DNA of 63,375 nucleotides from Octopus bimaculoides (GCF_001194135.2 NC_068981.1:146150294-146213668); one strand, 5' to 3'; positions 11,029-23,303 are shown, counted from the first letter of the stretch. Translations and numbers: made by a program. The notes: a model not told the origin generated them from the letters alone.

Positions 11029-12734
11029 TGTTATTAAGAGTAGACAACTGATATCACTTCTTTCACCAGTTCCTTACTATAGAACTTTTGAGTTACGTGA
11101 AGAACGTCAGATGCTTGGCGTGAAGAGAACTGAACTGAGATTTTCCGCTATTTTTTATTGTATAACACTTAGAATTAATCCTTTTTACTATTACGTATCC
11201 ATATAAAAAGCTGTTTTAATTCATTTAGATGATCAACATCTAAAATTAGTGTCAGATGTTTCGAGTAACCTCTGATTTTTCTCATTCAAAAATCAGTAAG
11301 CAATATTTTGATTTAGTTTCTAAATTGTCTCCTTCCTTTATAAAAATATGGCAGGCAGTCGGTAAGTAATGCTCAGATGTTCTAGAAATAATAGTCAACT
11401 CTTCCCAGATACCATTCCACAGTCCTAAAAGAAGTTTGTTGCACAATATCTGAAATAAAACCGGAATTGTTACGGCTGGAAAGCCGCTGCGGTCAAAATT
11501 ATCCCATTAGTGCTAACAACAGCAGCAGTAGTAACGACAAGAAGAAATATTCCATTAAAGCATAGCCTAAATGTCATGAACAACAGGATTGCTTTTCACG
11601 AATCTGACATTCGTTGGTGAGGAATAATAGAACAGTCATATGTCAAAGTTTCATTGCGAGTTTGATTTCTTATCAATTTTACTTGCAAATCTGAACATTT
11701 TAGTATTCCAGAATTTTTTTTACTGCTACATATATGGTGATTTCAGAACTTCGATAGCATCTTTAGAAGTGTACTACTCAGTTATAAATTTATGCAACCT
11801 CGAAAATTTCCAGATAGTTTGAAGTTTTATTACCGACTAATTTTCTCTCTTTAAAACAAAATTAAAGTACAAATTTAAAATGTATCAAATAACTATTTTC
11901 CTTTTCTAACTTAAACTTTCTTTAAGATACATTGTTTTTGGTGATATTTTATACATGTGATTTGTTGAAATCACCTTCAAAATTCATTTTTTTAATGAGA
12001 AGAAAGTTTTATGCAATATCAATATATAATGTTCATATTTCTTGTTCTTACATTGAATAATAGTATTTCATATAATTACTTTGCTTTTATATTGTCTTTC
12101 AACTACATCATATAACTGTATTGCAAGTTGTTTTATGTGTCTCTGTGGCGTCAGTGAATTGATTTTCATTTATGATTCAGACTTAAACTCAATGAAAGTC
12201 ACATAAAATATTGTATTGCATGCATAAGTTTCACCGCTGAGGTATATACAGAAGTCAACAGCAGATACTCACATGTAAGCAGCTACACTTTTTCACTCTG
12301 TACAAAGCGTGACATATATTCGTTTAGAAAACTCAACATGGAAATATATACGTAAGTAACAAGGCGTTTTTCGGTCTTGCATCCTTAGGGTCTAATATAC
12401 TTTAAGACGCTAATTTAAATTGAAATCGAACACGCATGTGATGTGTCAAACATTTTGTAGTATTACCAGAACAGATATTTTCATACTTTTGTGCTAAAGA
12501 TGTAAAGGTAACCGTTTCTAAGTAACATAATTCATTTCACTTGAAAATAATAATTTTTCACCACGGAAAGGCAATTATTTTCAGCTTTTATCGATGTTTT
12601 CTGGTGCAGTATTTTAAATCATATTTTTATGTTTACAGTGTATATTCACGCAAACGCCATAGGAATAAGTACATTCCAGTGAAATAAAATGGTATTACTT
12701 ATAAACAGTTTAGTTTCTAATAAAATTCCATGCA

Positions 12735-12744
12735 CATACACACA

Positions 12745-12837
<93 letters not shown>

Positions 12838-12940
12838 TGTGTATGTATATTTATATATATGCGTGCATGTATAATCATATATACACATATACATACATAC
12901 ACACACACACACACGCATACATACATACATACATACATAC
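12735..12940. repeat. (TA)n(TG)n(CA)n(CATA)n compound microsatellite
   Basis: Direct reading. Confidence 0.95.
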
Positions 12941-15444
12941 GATTCTTTCATTTCGAACAAATCCCCAAACGACGTTATTCCTTTCATTGTTGGTCATTTA
13001 TTGTCCTTACAAAGTTGTTATACTGTTTCTCAATTGTCTAATTTTCTTATTCTCTAGCTTTTATCTTCACAAAATATTTACTACTCGCCTTCAATAAGCT
13101 GAATTTGTTTGTGGAACGAGGAGTTTTATCTATTTTATACTGCAGGGTAGCTACATGATGTTTACAAAAATGTTTGTTTTGTTTCTTAATTTTGAGATGA
13201 TTGTAAATCTATTTTCTGCTGTCGCAAAAAGTAGAACTCATAAATGTTTCAATCATTTGCCTCCATGCATTTTTAGATACTCAGTGGTGCAAATTATAAT
13301 AATTTATCCGTTTGTGCTCCACCTTCTCCTATGCTATTTATTCCTATTTGCCAAATAATATATCCACTTATATGCTGTCCTTTCTCTTTCCACTTCTTGC
13401 TTTGTACTCCTCTTTTACTTTATGTATTTACTAATCGATTGACCCTTGTATAGTAAACTGTTCTTTTAAACATCCTATGAAGTGAACAAAACAATTTTAA
13501 CCCCTAATTATATCAAGATTTAAAAAGACTGATAAATAGAAAACTACAAGTAATTGTAAGTACCGTAATTGGCATCATGTAGAGGAATTGTCCAACTAAA
13601 TGGTATTAAATGAACGTGGTGTTTAGCAAGTAAAATTTGGAAACTTGAGATACAAAAGTTTGTTTTAATGCCGTTGTATTTAATTATGAAGGACAGTTCT
13701 CTTGCAGCAGAAGAAAAGTGTGAACAAGAATTACTTGTTGATAATGATTTGAGAGAATGAATTACTGGTTGAGTTACAGTAACACATTTAAAGGAATAGA
13801 GAGAATTTCTACAATGAGATAAAGTATTTTGTTTAATGTTTACGTGATGAGCGGTAGATAAATTATAATGGTGAAACATGAATAGAAATAAGGTTATGCG
13901 AATGAAAAGATACAGTAAGAAAACTGTACAATGGTAAGTTACCGTGTTGAGGTTGTCAATGAGGTGTATTAGTTCAATGTAATATAAAGAATATACACAA
14001 AATTCACACACACAATGGTACACATAAAATAATACGTTACACAATAATATTACATGAACATAACTTGAACAGAGTCACCTATGCTATTTGACAAGTGCAA
14101 TGTTACAAAATCAATGCCATGTGAAGTATATTGCACGAAAGAGAAATATTGTTTATTTCACCAAATCAGATGTAATTGATTTTATGGAAGTTGAACTATA
14201 TGTTATGTCATTCAATATTTTCTCGTGATAGTTCTTTGGAAAATCATCCCATTTTCATATGTTCTTACTCATTCAATTCTTTTCTCGTTTAAACACCATT
14301 TTCGAGAACCCTACTAAGATGAACTTAGTTATTGCCAACATTACCAAGAAGAAAACAGAAGAAACATATATAAATACATAAATAAATAAAATTCTGTCAG
14401 CAAACACTTTCGGTAGGTGTATAATATTTGGACACATATATATAAAAAGAACCAAATTCAATAACAGTCTTATTGATTTCATTACATTCAAAACGGCTTT
14501 TTTTTTTTTTTTTTCAAATGAAGTAGAATATGAAAGATTGTACGGAGTCGGAAGTATCAAATCCCAATCATTATACTGTTAGAATATTATAGATTTATTT
14601 TTCCCCACAAAGAGAGGGGAGGTATTAATAATGGCTTGGGGTGTTATATTAACACCTGCTTAAAATACTTCCAAATGTAAATATCAAATTCTTTTTTTGA
14701 TGATGAAATTTTAATAATTACTTTTCGTCAAGTTATATAATTTTTTTTATCATCTACAAAACGAATGAAGCTAGGAAAAATTCATATAAAAGAATTATAA
14801 TTACAGCAGAATATATTAATATTCCCTATATTGCCAAAATACAGGAATAATTTAATTTTTTTTATAGCTTATTCTTTCAACATGATTCAATATTAGCTAT
14901 ATGTATACATAACTATGTATGAAATCATAGATGTCGGCACTTTAATAACTTAAAAACGAATATCCAGAAAGGAAACAGTTGAAAGATGAAAGGCGATTGA
15001 CGAGACCAATGTACAAAATGGCTTCAGATAATTAAACTTTGTGCTAAACCAGCATTTTAAATGTAAAGCCATTAGTCATGGTAAAGCAATTTAAAATTGA
15101 TTGGAAATCATTCCGTAAATGAATTGGATGAGTGTGTAATAACTAACTACATAATATCTATTATCCAGTGTAAAACAATTCGATCCTCGTAAAATGATTT
15201 GAAACAAATCTAAACAATTGGATTATCATCAGGGTTATGAGAAAGCTTTTAACCTAAAACGAATCAAATACAGATATCGATTTCTTTGCCAAGACACAAG
15301 ACCAATTTAAGAGAATATTGGATCGTCACCGACATATTCTCTTATTTTATCGATTCTGAAGAAATTGTAAGTATAGCCGAGCGTAGTTGTACTTGAGCAT
15401 AGAGGACTGATAGACTCGCAATTAGATATTTAAATGTATTTAGA

Positions 15445-15665
15445 ATATTGGTTTCAATTTTTGGCACGAGGTCAGCAATTACGAGATAGTGGTTAAGTCG
15501 ATTACATCGACCTCAGAACTTAACTGGTAATTGTTTTACCGATCTCGAAAGGATGAAAGGTAAAGTCAATCTCGGCGGAATTTGAAACCAAAACTTAAGG
15601 ATGGATGAAATGCTGCTAAGCATTTTGCCCGGCGTGCTAATGATTCTGCCAGCTCACCGCCTTAA
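15445..15665 (-). mobile_element. SINE family B, near full length
   Basis: Minus strand GGCGGTGAGCTGGCAGAATCATTAGCACGCCGGGCAAAATGCTTAGC...TTTCATCCTTTCGAGATCGG...CCAAAAATTGAAACCAATATT. Confidence 0.9.
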
Positions 15666-15744
15666 ATATATTTAAAACATTACAGACAGTTTACTGTGTA
15701 TTCGTTTCGAAATTTTAAATATTCTGAACGGGAGAATAGGCAGT

Positions 15745-15945
15745 GTTGGACGAAATACTTTGTGGTATATGATTACATCACTTTACATTCTGAGTTCAAA
15801 TGACATTCAGTCTACTTTGACATTTCTCCATTTGAGATTGATAAAATAAATACTAGAGTTGATTTAATGGGTTAAAACTTACAAAGTGATGCCTCCGTAT
15901 GGGCACGATCCAGTAACTGAAACAAGTAAAATAATAAAATAAAAT
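15745..15945 (+). mobile_element. Decayed chimeric SINE: family B head/core with family A-type tail
   Basis: TTCTGAGTTCAAAT...CTACTTTGACATTTCTCCATTTGAGATTGATAAAATAAATAC, then GTAACTGAAACAAGTAAAATAA. Confidence 0.55.
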
Positions 15946-16716
15946 AATACGGGAACGTTTATCAAGGATTTTAGTTTTGATTCATGGCATCGTATTAGTT
16001 TTCTTCGAATCAGATGATTAAAATAATTAAATAGTGATTAATAAGGGTATCAACTTGAGAAAATCATTAAATGTAACAAATGAAAAGAAATTCGACAGAA
16101 ACTGAAATGAAAGGAAAAGCAATCTAAACTATAGAACACAAAGACGGAAGTAATATCGATTAAATTCCACTTAAAGATGAGAAGCAACATATAATTGTTT
16201 ATAATAAGAAATAGTAATAAGATAGATTTTCTTCAGTAGATGTGGTGTCGGCAAATGAGATCGCATCATAATGAAGAACCAAGTGTTTGTATTTTATTTC
16301 TGGTATTATATTGCATAATTTAGATAGTGCTTTTCTCTTGATATATATATTTCTTAAAGTATTTTATCTGAAAATCGGTTATCAGTTATAAGTCTTCTCG
16401 AAGACATTTCTCAATGCACTTGCACAATACAAGTTAAAACAATAAAGAGCGTTATTGCTTGGTGAGACGCAAACAAAACAAAAACGAATGCCATTGTTTG
16501 TGCGAAGCTAATCTGTGATAATATAATTTGTTCTTTCCAGGGCAAGGTATATCTTATGTCACCTCGTTATTCTCAAAACCGGAAACAAAAATTGACAGTT
16601 ATATATATATTATAACTTCCAGTAAGATGAATAATATAACAATATTAAAGAATTACATAAACTAGACTCTGAAAATGAATACACACACACACGCACGCAC
16701 ACGCACACGCACGCAC

Positions 16717-16756
<40 letters not shown>

Positions 16757-16765
<9 letters not shown>

Positions 16766-16977
16766 GGGGGAGGCTAAAAAGTTTCTGGCTTTCAGTAAGA
16801 GAGAATACAGGTGGATCAGTTAATTATGATGTTATTCAACATATTCCCTTCAAAGATTCACACATTGCAGTGGTCTTTCAGTTTTTCTAAGCCCTGTAAA
16901 AGAACTTAGACGGTTAGGCCTCCAACCAGGCCTTTCGGGACACCCTTAAAGCTAGGAACTTTCCAGCACACCCTCGT
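16757..16977 (-). mobile_element. Mariner-derived MITE (~220 bp)
   Basis: TIRs ACGAGGGG...GCTAAAAAGTTTCTGGCTTT and AAAGCTAGGAACTTTCCAGCACACCCTCGT. The interior carries a mariner C-terminal remnant (QGLEKLKDHC..GEYVE-stop-like) on the minus strand. Confidence 0.8.
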
Positions 16978-16993
16978 CTATACATATATAGTT

Positions 16994-17248
16994 GAAATTT
17001 TCAGAAAAACAAAACACGAAGACAGGTGTAAAAAAAACAAGCAGATGTATTAGTTTGACACTCGGGAAGGTGAGAAAGTCTTTTACGTTTCGAGCCTACG
17101 CTCTTCAACAGAAAGGAACAAGAGGAAGTAAACAGAGAGAATATATATGTTCTCGTTAAAGACTTTTTCAATTCCCGAGCGTTATACTAATACATCTGTT
17201 TGTTTTCTACACCACCTGTTTTCGTCATTTGTTTTTTTGTGAATTCTC
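16994..17248. mobile_element. Inverted-repeat element (~90-bp arms), probably Penelope-like derived
   Basis: Arms 16994-~17087 and ~17155-17248 are reverse-complementary (ACAGGTG...CAGATGTATTAGT...CTCGGGAA...AAAGTCTTT); the spacer begins ACGTTTCGAGCCTACGCTCTTC. Confidence 0.75.
17080..17115 (-). ncRNA. Minimal hammerhead-ribozyme-like motif with a degenerate core
   Basis: Minus strand CTTT-CTGTTGA-A-GAGC-GTAG-GCTC-GAA-ACGT-A-AAAG: helix I, core (CUGUUGA vs CUGANGA), helix II hairpin, GAAA, palindromic ACGU, GUA site. Confidence 0.5.
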
Positions 17249-17254
17249 CTCAGA

Positions 17255-17293
<39 letters not shown>

Positions 17294-17313
17294 GGGGGTG
17301 CATGTGTGTGTAC

Positions 17314-17347
<34 letters not shown>

Positions 17348-18460
17348 AGAGTGTGTGCGTGCGTGCGTGGATAGATAAATTCTGCAAAAGAATATATGTA
17401 TGTATGTGTGTATGTATATAGATATGTATGTATTTACGTATGTATATATGTATGTGCGTACGTATGTATGCTTGTATGTATGTATGTATGTATGTATTTA
17501 TCTATCTATCTATCTGTGTGTGTGTGTATGTATCTATTCAAGTTGTTCATTTTGAACCCCCTACCAATCGATGTCGAGAAAATTCGTGAGAGCATGTAAG
17601 TCAAATTGATCTGAAAAATGAGGAATTTATTAACTTACCATAAAAGAAAAAGAAAATGGTGAAGAATATAATTTAATAGCTTCGTTTTTTTCTCTCTCTC
17701 TTAATCTTTTCTCCAACGTGTCATTTGTGTAACGAGGTGGTGAAACAGAAGTTATTCTCTTGGTAGGTTTATCAAGGTTTAAAATATTGATCACCCTTAT
17801 TAAATTATCTTCCATCTTTTATGCTATAGTGATTAGCAGAATATGAAACCATTCGAAAAATACGAAACACTTTAACAGTACAACTGAAGCTATTATTCAG
17901 TAAATCATGCTCGATCAATCAATTATTCTAGCAACTGTGCGACAATCATTAAATATTTGCGAGTAGTGTCTTACCTCACACACAATGCAGGCGTACACAA
18001 AGCAGGCATGTACACATATAATATGTACACTCACACAAGACAGTAATCCCATATAGCATTCATATTCAGCGATTAGATCAAATGATTCAAGTATTGATTT
18101 CTTTGTTGGATTGATTAGATTTATTCTTTTTAGGTTCATGCTAGCTTCAAATAAACTTAAATGTAAGACTAACGTTTCCTTTGGTAACTGTGTATATTTT
18201 TAACTCCATTGTTCACGTTAAAAAAATTAAAGTTGATAACTTATTTATTCATCTACTTACTCTAACATGTGTTAACTGAATTAAAACCATGTAAGCAAAC
18301 GAGTCAGATCTGCATTCCGTTTAAGAAATCAAAGAGACTTCAGTTTATCTATGGGATCGAAAAATATTTCAGTGTTTCTATCAGGCTAACCGTAAAGAAG
18401 TACAATAGAGTATTTCGTTGAATTTAATCTTACTGTGAGATGACTTGCCATAGAATCAAT

Positions 18461-18670
<210 letters not shown>

Positions 18671-18679
18671 AGTCTACAG

Positions 18680-19490
18680 TGAGCCTAAGTAACGAAAAGG
18701 TTATCAAACTGGCCAAACGGTTGGAAAGAGAAGGAATTAGTTACCCAATTCATGCAAAAACCGAGTATGTTGGAAGTACAGAACGCTGGCTATGGTTGAC
18801 AGATGAAAACCTGAAAATGCGAAACTGAATCATCGCTAGCTATGGCTGCTCAGAAACAAGCCATTAAAATGAATATGATAAAAACATTGATTGATAAAAC
18901 TCAGTCAGAGAGCAAACATAGAATCTGTGGGAAAGGAGACGAGAGTATAAACTGTCTCGTAAATGAATGCAGTAAGCGATCACAAAAGAACATAAGTGCA
19001 TTCATGATTGTTTCGATACAAAGTGCATTGGGATGTTAGCCAAGTGTATTGGTTCAATGTGACAGAAAAGTAGTATGAACACGAGCCAGAGGTTGTGATG
19101 ATGAATGATAATTAAAGTTTTATGAGATTTCTCTATAAAGACTGACCATTCTTTAGAAGCAAGGAGAGCAGATGCGATCGGAGAGGACAAAAAATGACAA
19201 AAAGTTTGCAATACAATGTGAAAATAGAGTGGACATCAAAGAAATTGTGAAAATTGATAAATATCAGGACATAGCCATAGAGAGATGAAGAGATTGTGGA
19301 AGTGAAAGGCAAGAATTATTTTTGTGGTAATTGGAGCGCTTGGAACAACACCCAAACTGCTATCTAAGATGAAGGATATTCGAATTTTGACACGCAGTAT
19401 TGACCTGCCGTGAAGTGCCATTCTGTATTCTGTATTCTTCATGAATCCTAAGAAGTATTCTTGATATTGCAGAAGACTTGTTGTCAAACC
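18680..19490 (+). mobile_element. Decayed RLE-type LINE (R4/Dong-like), C-terminal part
   Basis: WLWL..ENLK, AAQKQAIKMNMIKTLIDKTQSESKHRICGKGDESINCLVNECSK (CCHC knuckle), YEHEPEVV, then endonuclease region and VIGALGT; many stops and frameshifts. Confidence 0.85.
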
Positions 19491-19550
19491 TAAAAAGAAA
19501 AAGAAGAGACATCCCTGCTAACTGAACTAGCATGTAAATGCTTTTGAATA

Positions 19551-19761
19551 ATAATGGTTTAAAGTTTTGGCACAACGCCGGCAATTTCTGGGAGGAGGTA
19601 TGTCGATTGCACCGATCCCCAGTACTCAACTGGTACTTATTTTATCGACTCTGAAAGACAAAGTCGACCTCGGCAGAATTTTAACTCAATGTAAAGACAA
19701 TTGAAAGGCTTAGTAAGCATTTCGTCCGGCGTGCTAACGATTCTGCCAGGTCACCGCCTTA
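19551..19761 (-). mobile_element. SINE family B
   Basis: Aligns by eye to other B copies. Confidence 0.9.
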
Positions 19762-19788
19762 CTTTGAATGATGATGATAATAACAATA

Positions 19789-20337
19789 CAGTACCAGGCA
19801 GTGGTTCTCATGGGTTCTGATCTTAACTGATTGGAAGTGTTATCATATGTATATTTTGTCTTCGTATAAAAGTTGGGCCACAACAAATATTCTGCTTAAT
19901 ACCACAGATTTGCTTGTTAGTTGCTTGACCTTAACCAGTTGAACGTGTCTCTTAGTAGCTGACGATATGTGTATTTCTGATCACGAGCAGAAATAGTGTG
20001 GAAACATCAAAGTCATGTATTGAGAGGAATTCTTTGGGGTTTGCATAATTCACCTCTGGAAACATGGATGATTTGTTCACTATCCTTAAATAAACCTTAT
20101 CCAGGGATCCTTTTGAGCGGGTTGGGTTACTCAAGCTGAAAAAAAATTCTAATTGGGCCCCTCCTGCAAGATCACGCGCCGTTCATCTTGATATGAGATA
20201 ACCATGTCACGCATATATAATTGTGATACCTGTGCCTGGTGTACCCGTATCAGACAGGTAGTCATGATGGGTATACTGGGCTTCATATATTTGTATCCCA
20301 GTGTCACTTTGATGGCATGCGCTGCTCTCTCTCACAC
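19789..20337 (+). mobile_element. Unclassified ~550-bp non-coding interspersed element bordered by AAT-type repeats
   Basis: Starts CAGTACCAGGCAGTGG after GATGATGATAATAACAATA and ends GCTCTCTCTCACAC before (AAT)n. Recalled as a frequent octopod repeat; one copy here. Confidence 0.55.
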
Positions 20338-20359
20338 AATAATAATAATAATAATGATG

Positions 20360-20421
<62 letters not shown>
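20338..20421. repeat. (AAT)n microsatellite
   Basis: Direct reading. Confidence 0.95.
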
Positions 20422-20422
<1 letters not shown>

Positions 20423-20541
20423 GTTTCAATTTTTGGAACAAGACCATTTATTTCTGGAAGCGGATAAATCGATTATATCGATTAAATCGATTATATCGTT
20501 CAGCTGGTACTTATTTTATAGACCCCGAAAGGATGAAAGGC

Positions 20542-20545
<4 letters not shown>
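20420..20545 (-). mobile_element. SINE family B, 3' half, with an 18-bp internal tandem duplication
   Basis: CTGGTACTTATTTTATAGACCCCGAAAGGATGAAAGGCAAA; AAATCGATTATATCGATT duplicated. Confidence 0.8.
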
Positions 20546-20580
<35 letters not shown>

Positions 20581-20616
20581 GTGTTGTTGTTGTTGTTGTC
20601 GTTGTTGCTATCGTTA

Positions 20617-20830
20617 TTAAGGCAGAATCGTTAGCACGCTGGACGAAATGCTTAGTGATATTCGCCCGTCGCTATGTTCTGAGATAAAAAAAAATTCCGC
20701 CGATTTCGACTTTGCCTTTCATCCTTTCGGGGTCAATAAATGAAGTACCAATAAGACAGTGGGGTTGATGCAATCGACTAACTCCCTCCCCCGAAGTTTC
20801 AGGCCTTGTGCCTATAACAGGAAAGATTAT
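20617..20830 (+). mobile_element. SINE family B
   Basis: GGCAGAATCGTTAGCACGCTGGACGAAATGCTTAG...TCGACTTTGCCTTTCATCCTTTCGGGGTC. Confidence 0.9.
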
Positions 20831-20836
20831 TTTCAC

Positions 20837-21370
20837 TATTATTATTACTTTATTGTCTCTGCACTGCTTCTAACGCTGGAGATGTACTACAGTATCAGCT
20901 GTTCATTACTATTGAACTAAGGTAACACCCCTTCTTTTTCGAGCACCATTCGGAGTATTTGAGCGGTTCCAAGCAGTGCTGTTATCTGCTAGTGCTCCAC
21001 CCTTATTGCAGCCCCTATTTGTTCCATGTACTTCTCAAGATTTTTACTCACTGTTCCCAGAGCTCCGACAATTATTGGTGCTACTACCACCTTTTTCAGC
21101 GACCACAACTGCTTAACCTCCCAAGCTAACCAGTCATATCTCTCGACTTTTCTTCCTTCCTTATCGCATATATTGTTGTCAGCTAGGCATGCTATATCTA
21201 TGATCCAGCATCGTTTGCTTTCTTTCTCATTGAACACTATGTCTGGTTTCCTATTCTCTATCTCATGGTCGCACTGAATCATAAAATCTCTTCGGGTTTA
21301 TGTTCGTACCACTTTTTTGCTCTGACATGTACATACTTGTTGCAAAGTGTCCAATGGACAATCCTTGCTA
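20837..21370 (-). mobile_element. 5'-truncated RLE-type LINE (R4/Dong-like) with 3' UTR and (TAA)n tail
   Basis: HWTLCNKY..KWYEHKPEE; IENRKPDIVFNEKESKRCWIIDIAC (PD-(D/E)xK-like); PIIVGALGTVSKNLEKY; LLGTAQILRMVLE; ends AATAAAGTAATAATAATAG. Confidence 0.9.
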
Positions 21371-21411
21371 TTCTTCTTCTTCTTCTTCTTCTTCTTCTTC
21401 TTCTTCTTCTT

Positions 21412-21508
<97 letters not shown>
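21371..21508. repeat. (CTT)n then (ATT)n compound microsatellite running into a gap
   Basis: Direct reading. Confidence 0.95.
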
Positions 21509-21934
21509 NNNNNNNNNNNNNNNNNNNNNNNNNNNNNNNNNNNNNNNNNNNNNNNNNNNNNNNNNNNNNNNNNNNNNNNNNNNNNNNNNNNNNNNNNNNN
21601 NNNNNNNNNNNNNNNNNNNNNNNNNNNNNNNNNNNNNNNNNNNNNNNNNNNNNNNNNNNNNNNNNNNNNNNNNNNNNNNNNNNNNNNNNNNNNNNNNNNN
21701 NNNNNNNNNNNNNNNNNNNNNNNNNNNNNNNNNNNNNNNNNNNNNNNNNNNNNNNNNNNNNNNNNNNNNNNNNNNNNNNNNNNNNNNNNNNNNNNNNNNN
21801 NNNNNNNNNNNNNNNNNNNNNNNNNNNNNNNNNNNNNNNNNNNNNNNNNNNNNNNNNNNNNNNNNNNNNNNNNNNNNNNNNNNNNNNNNNNNNTATATAT
21901 ATATATATATATATGTATGTGCGTATGTGTATAT

Positions 21935-22140
21935 GTTTGTGTGTCTGTGTTTGTCCCCCCAACATCGCTTGACAACCGATGCTGGTGTGTTTACGTCCCC
22001 ATAACATAGCGGTTCGGCAAAAGAGACCGATAGAATAAGTACCAGGCTTACAAAGTATAAGTCCTGGGGTCAATTTGCTCGACTAAAGGTGGCGCTCCAG
22101 CATGGCCACAGTCAAATGACTGAAACAAGTAAAAGAGTAA
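21935..22140 (+). mobile_element. SINE family A 3' half, well preserved
   Basis: TTTGTCCCCCCAACATCGCTTGACAACCGATGCTGG...GGCGCTCCAGCATGGCCACAGTCAAATGACTGAAACAAGTAAAAGAGTAA. Confidence 0.9.
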
Positions 22141-23303
22141 TGATAATTAATAATAATCAGGAAATAGAATATAGCAAATTATAAAAAATAACGTCATTAG
22201 AAAGGTGTAATTTAGCTCCTGCCCAGACCATGAAACCTCACGGCTGCCAGAGGCATGTAAAGTTGTTTTAGATTACACCTTGAAGTAATAAAGGTTGGCT
22301 TAATATCTTGTAACATGATCCAACAACAGACGAAGATCAACCCTTTTTGGCTTTATCTCCCGACTTCTTTTTCTTTTTCTTTTTACCTCTATTGTCTTAC
22401 TCTCTCCTCTCTTGTCAGTCATTAGATTAGTTTTTTTATATTCTCCTGATCCCCTAACCAATTTATTGAGTTGATTTGTTGTACTGGAGAGGATATAAAG
22501 ATGAGGAAACGCAAGGAAAAGGAGAGGAAAAGAAGAAGGGAAGAGATTGAATGAGCTATACAAATATTGTTTATAATCTCTGTAAAGGAAATGTTTGTAG
22601 AATTGATAGCAAGAACACAAATAAAACATTTTCGTTAACCCGAAGAAGAAAAAAAAAAGATACTTGTTGAATAATAAAAGAGATTGATAAACAAGTTTGC
22701 AATCAAATGTCGGAAGGATACGTATGTGTATATGCATATAAGTATATATGTATATCAATGTATTTACTTTTAAGTAAATAAATGCATACACTTGCATATA
22801 TACATACATACATATATGCGTATATACATACATACATACANNNNNNNNNNNNNNNNNNNNNNNNNNNNNNNNNNNNNNNNNNNNNNNNNNNNNNNNNNNN
22901 NNNNNNNNNNNNNNNNNNNNNNNNNNNNNNNNNNNNNNNNNNNNNNNNNNNNNNNNNNNNNNNNNNNNNNNNNNNNNNNNNNNNNNNNNNNNNNNNNNNN
23001 NNNNNNNNNNNNNNNNNNNNNNNNNNNNNNNNNNNNNNNNNNNNNNNNNNNNNNNNNNNNNNNNNNNNNNNNNNNNNNNNNNNNNNNNNNNNNNNNNNNN
23101 NNNNNNNNNNNNNNNNNNNNNNNNNNNNNNNNNNNNNNNNNNNNNNNNNNNNNNNNNNNNNNNNNNNNNNNNNNNNNNNNNNNNNNNNNNNNNNNNNNNN
23201 NNNNNNNNNNNNNNNNNNNNNNNNNNNNNNNNNNNNNNNNNNNNNNNNNNNNNNNNNNNNNNNNNNNNNNNNNNNNNNNNNNNTATATATATAATATATA
23301 CGT

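Noticed and set aside
12635-12687. Possible terminal exon after TTTTTTATGTTTACAG (VYSRKRHRNKYIPVK-stop)
   Set aside because: Acceptor-like sequences are frequent in T-rich DNA and no upstream partner exon was found.
13544-14044. 166-aa minus-strand ORF
   Set aside because: No recognisable domain, AT-rich random-like composition, no convincing splice signals.
16541-16552. Possible 6-nt microexon (TTTCCAG|GGCAAG|GTATAT)
   Set aside because: Weak donor; cannot be supported without transcripts.
20204-22073. Poly-N/I/S/L/F/K/R ORFs
   Set aside because: Trinucleotide microsatellites plus a gap; the only real coding signal is the LINE remnant.
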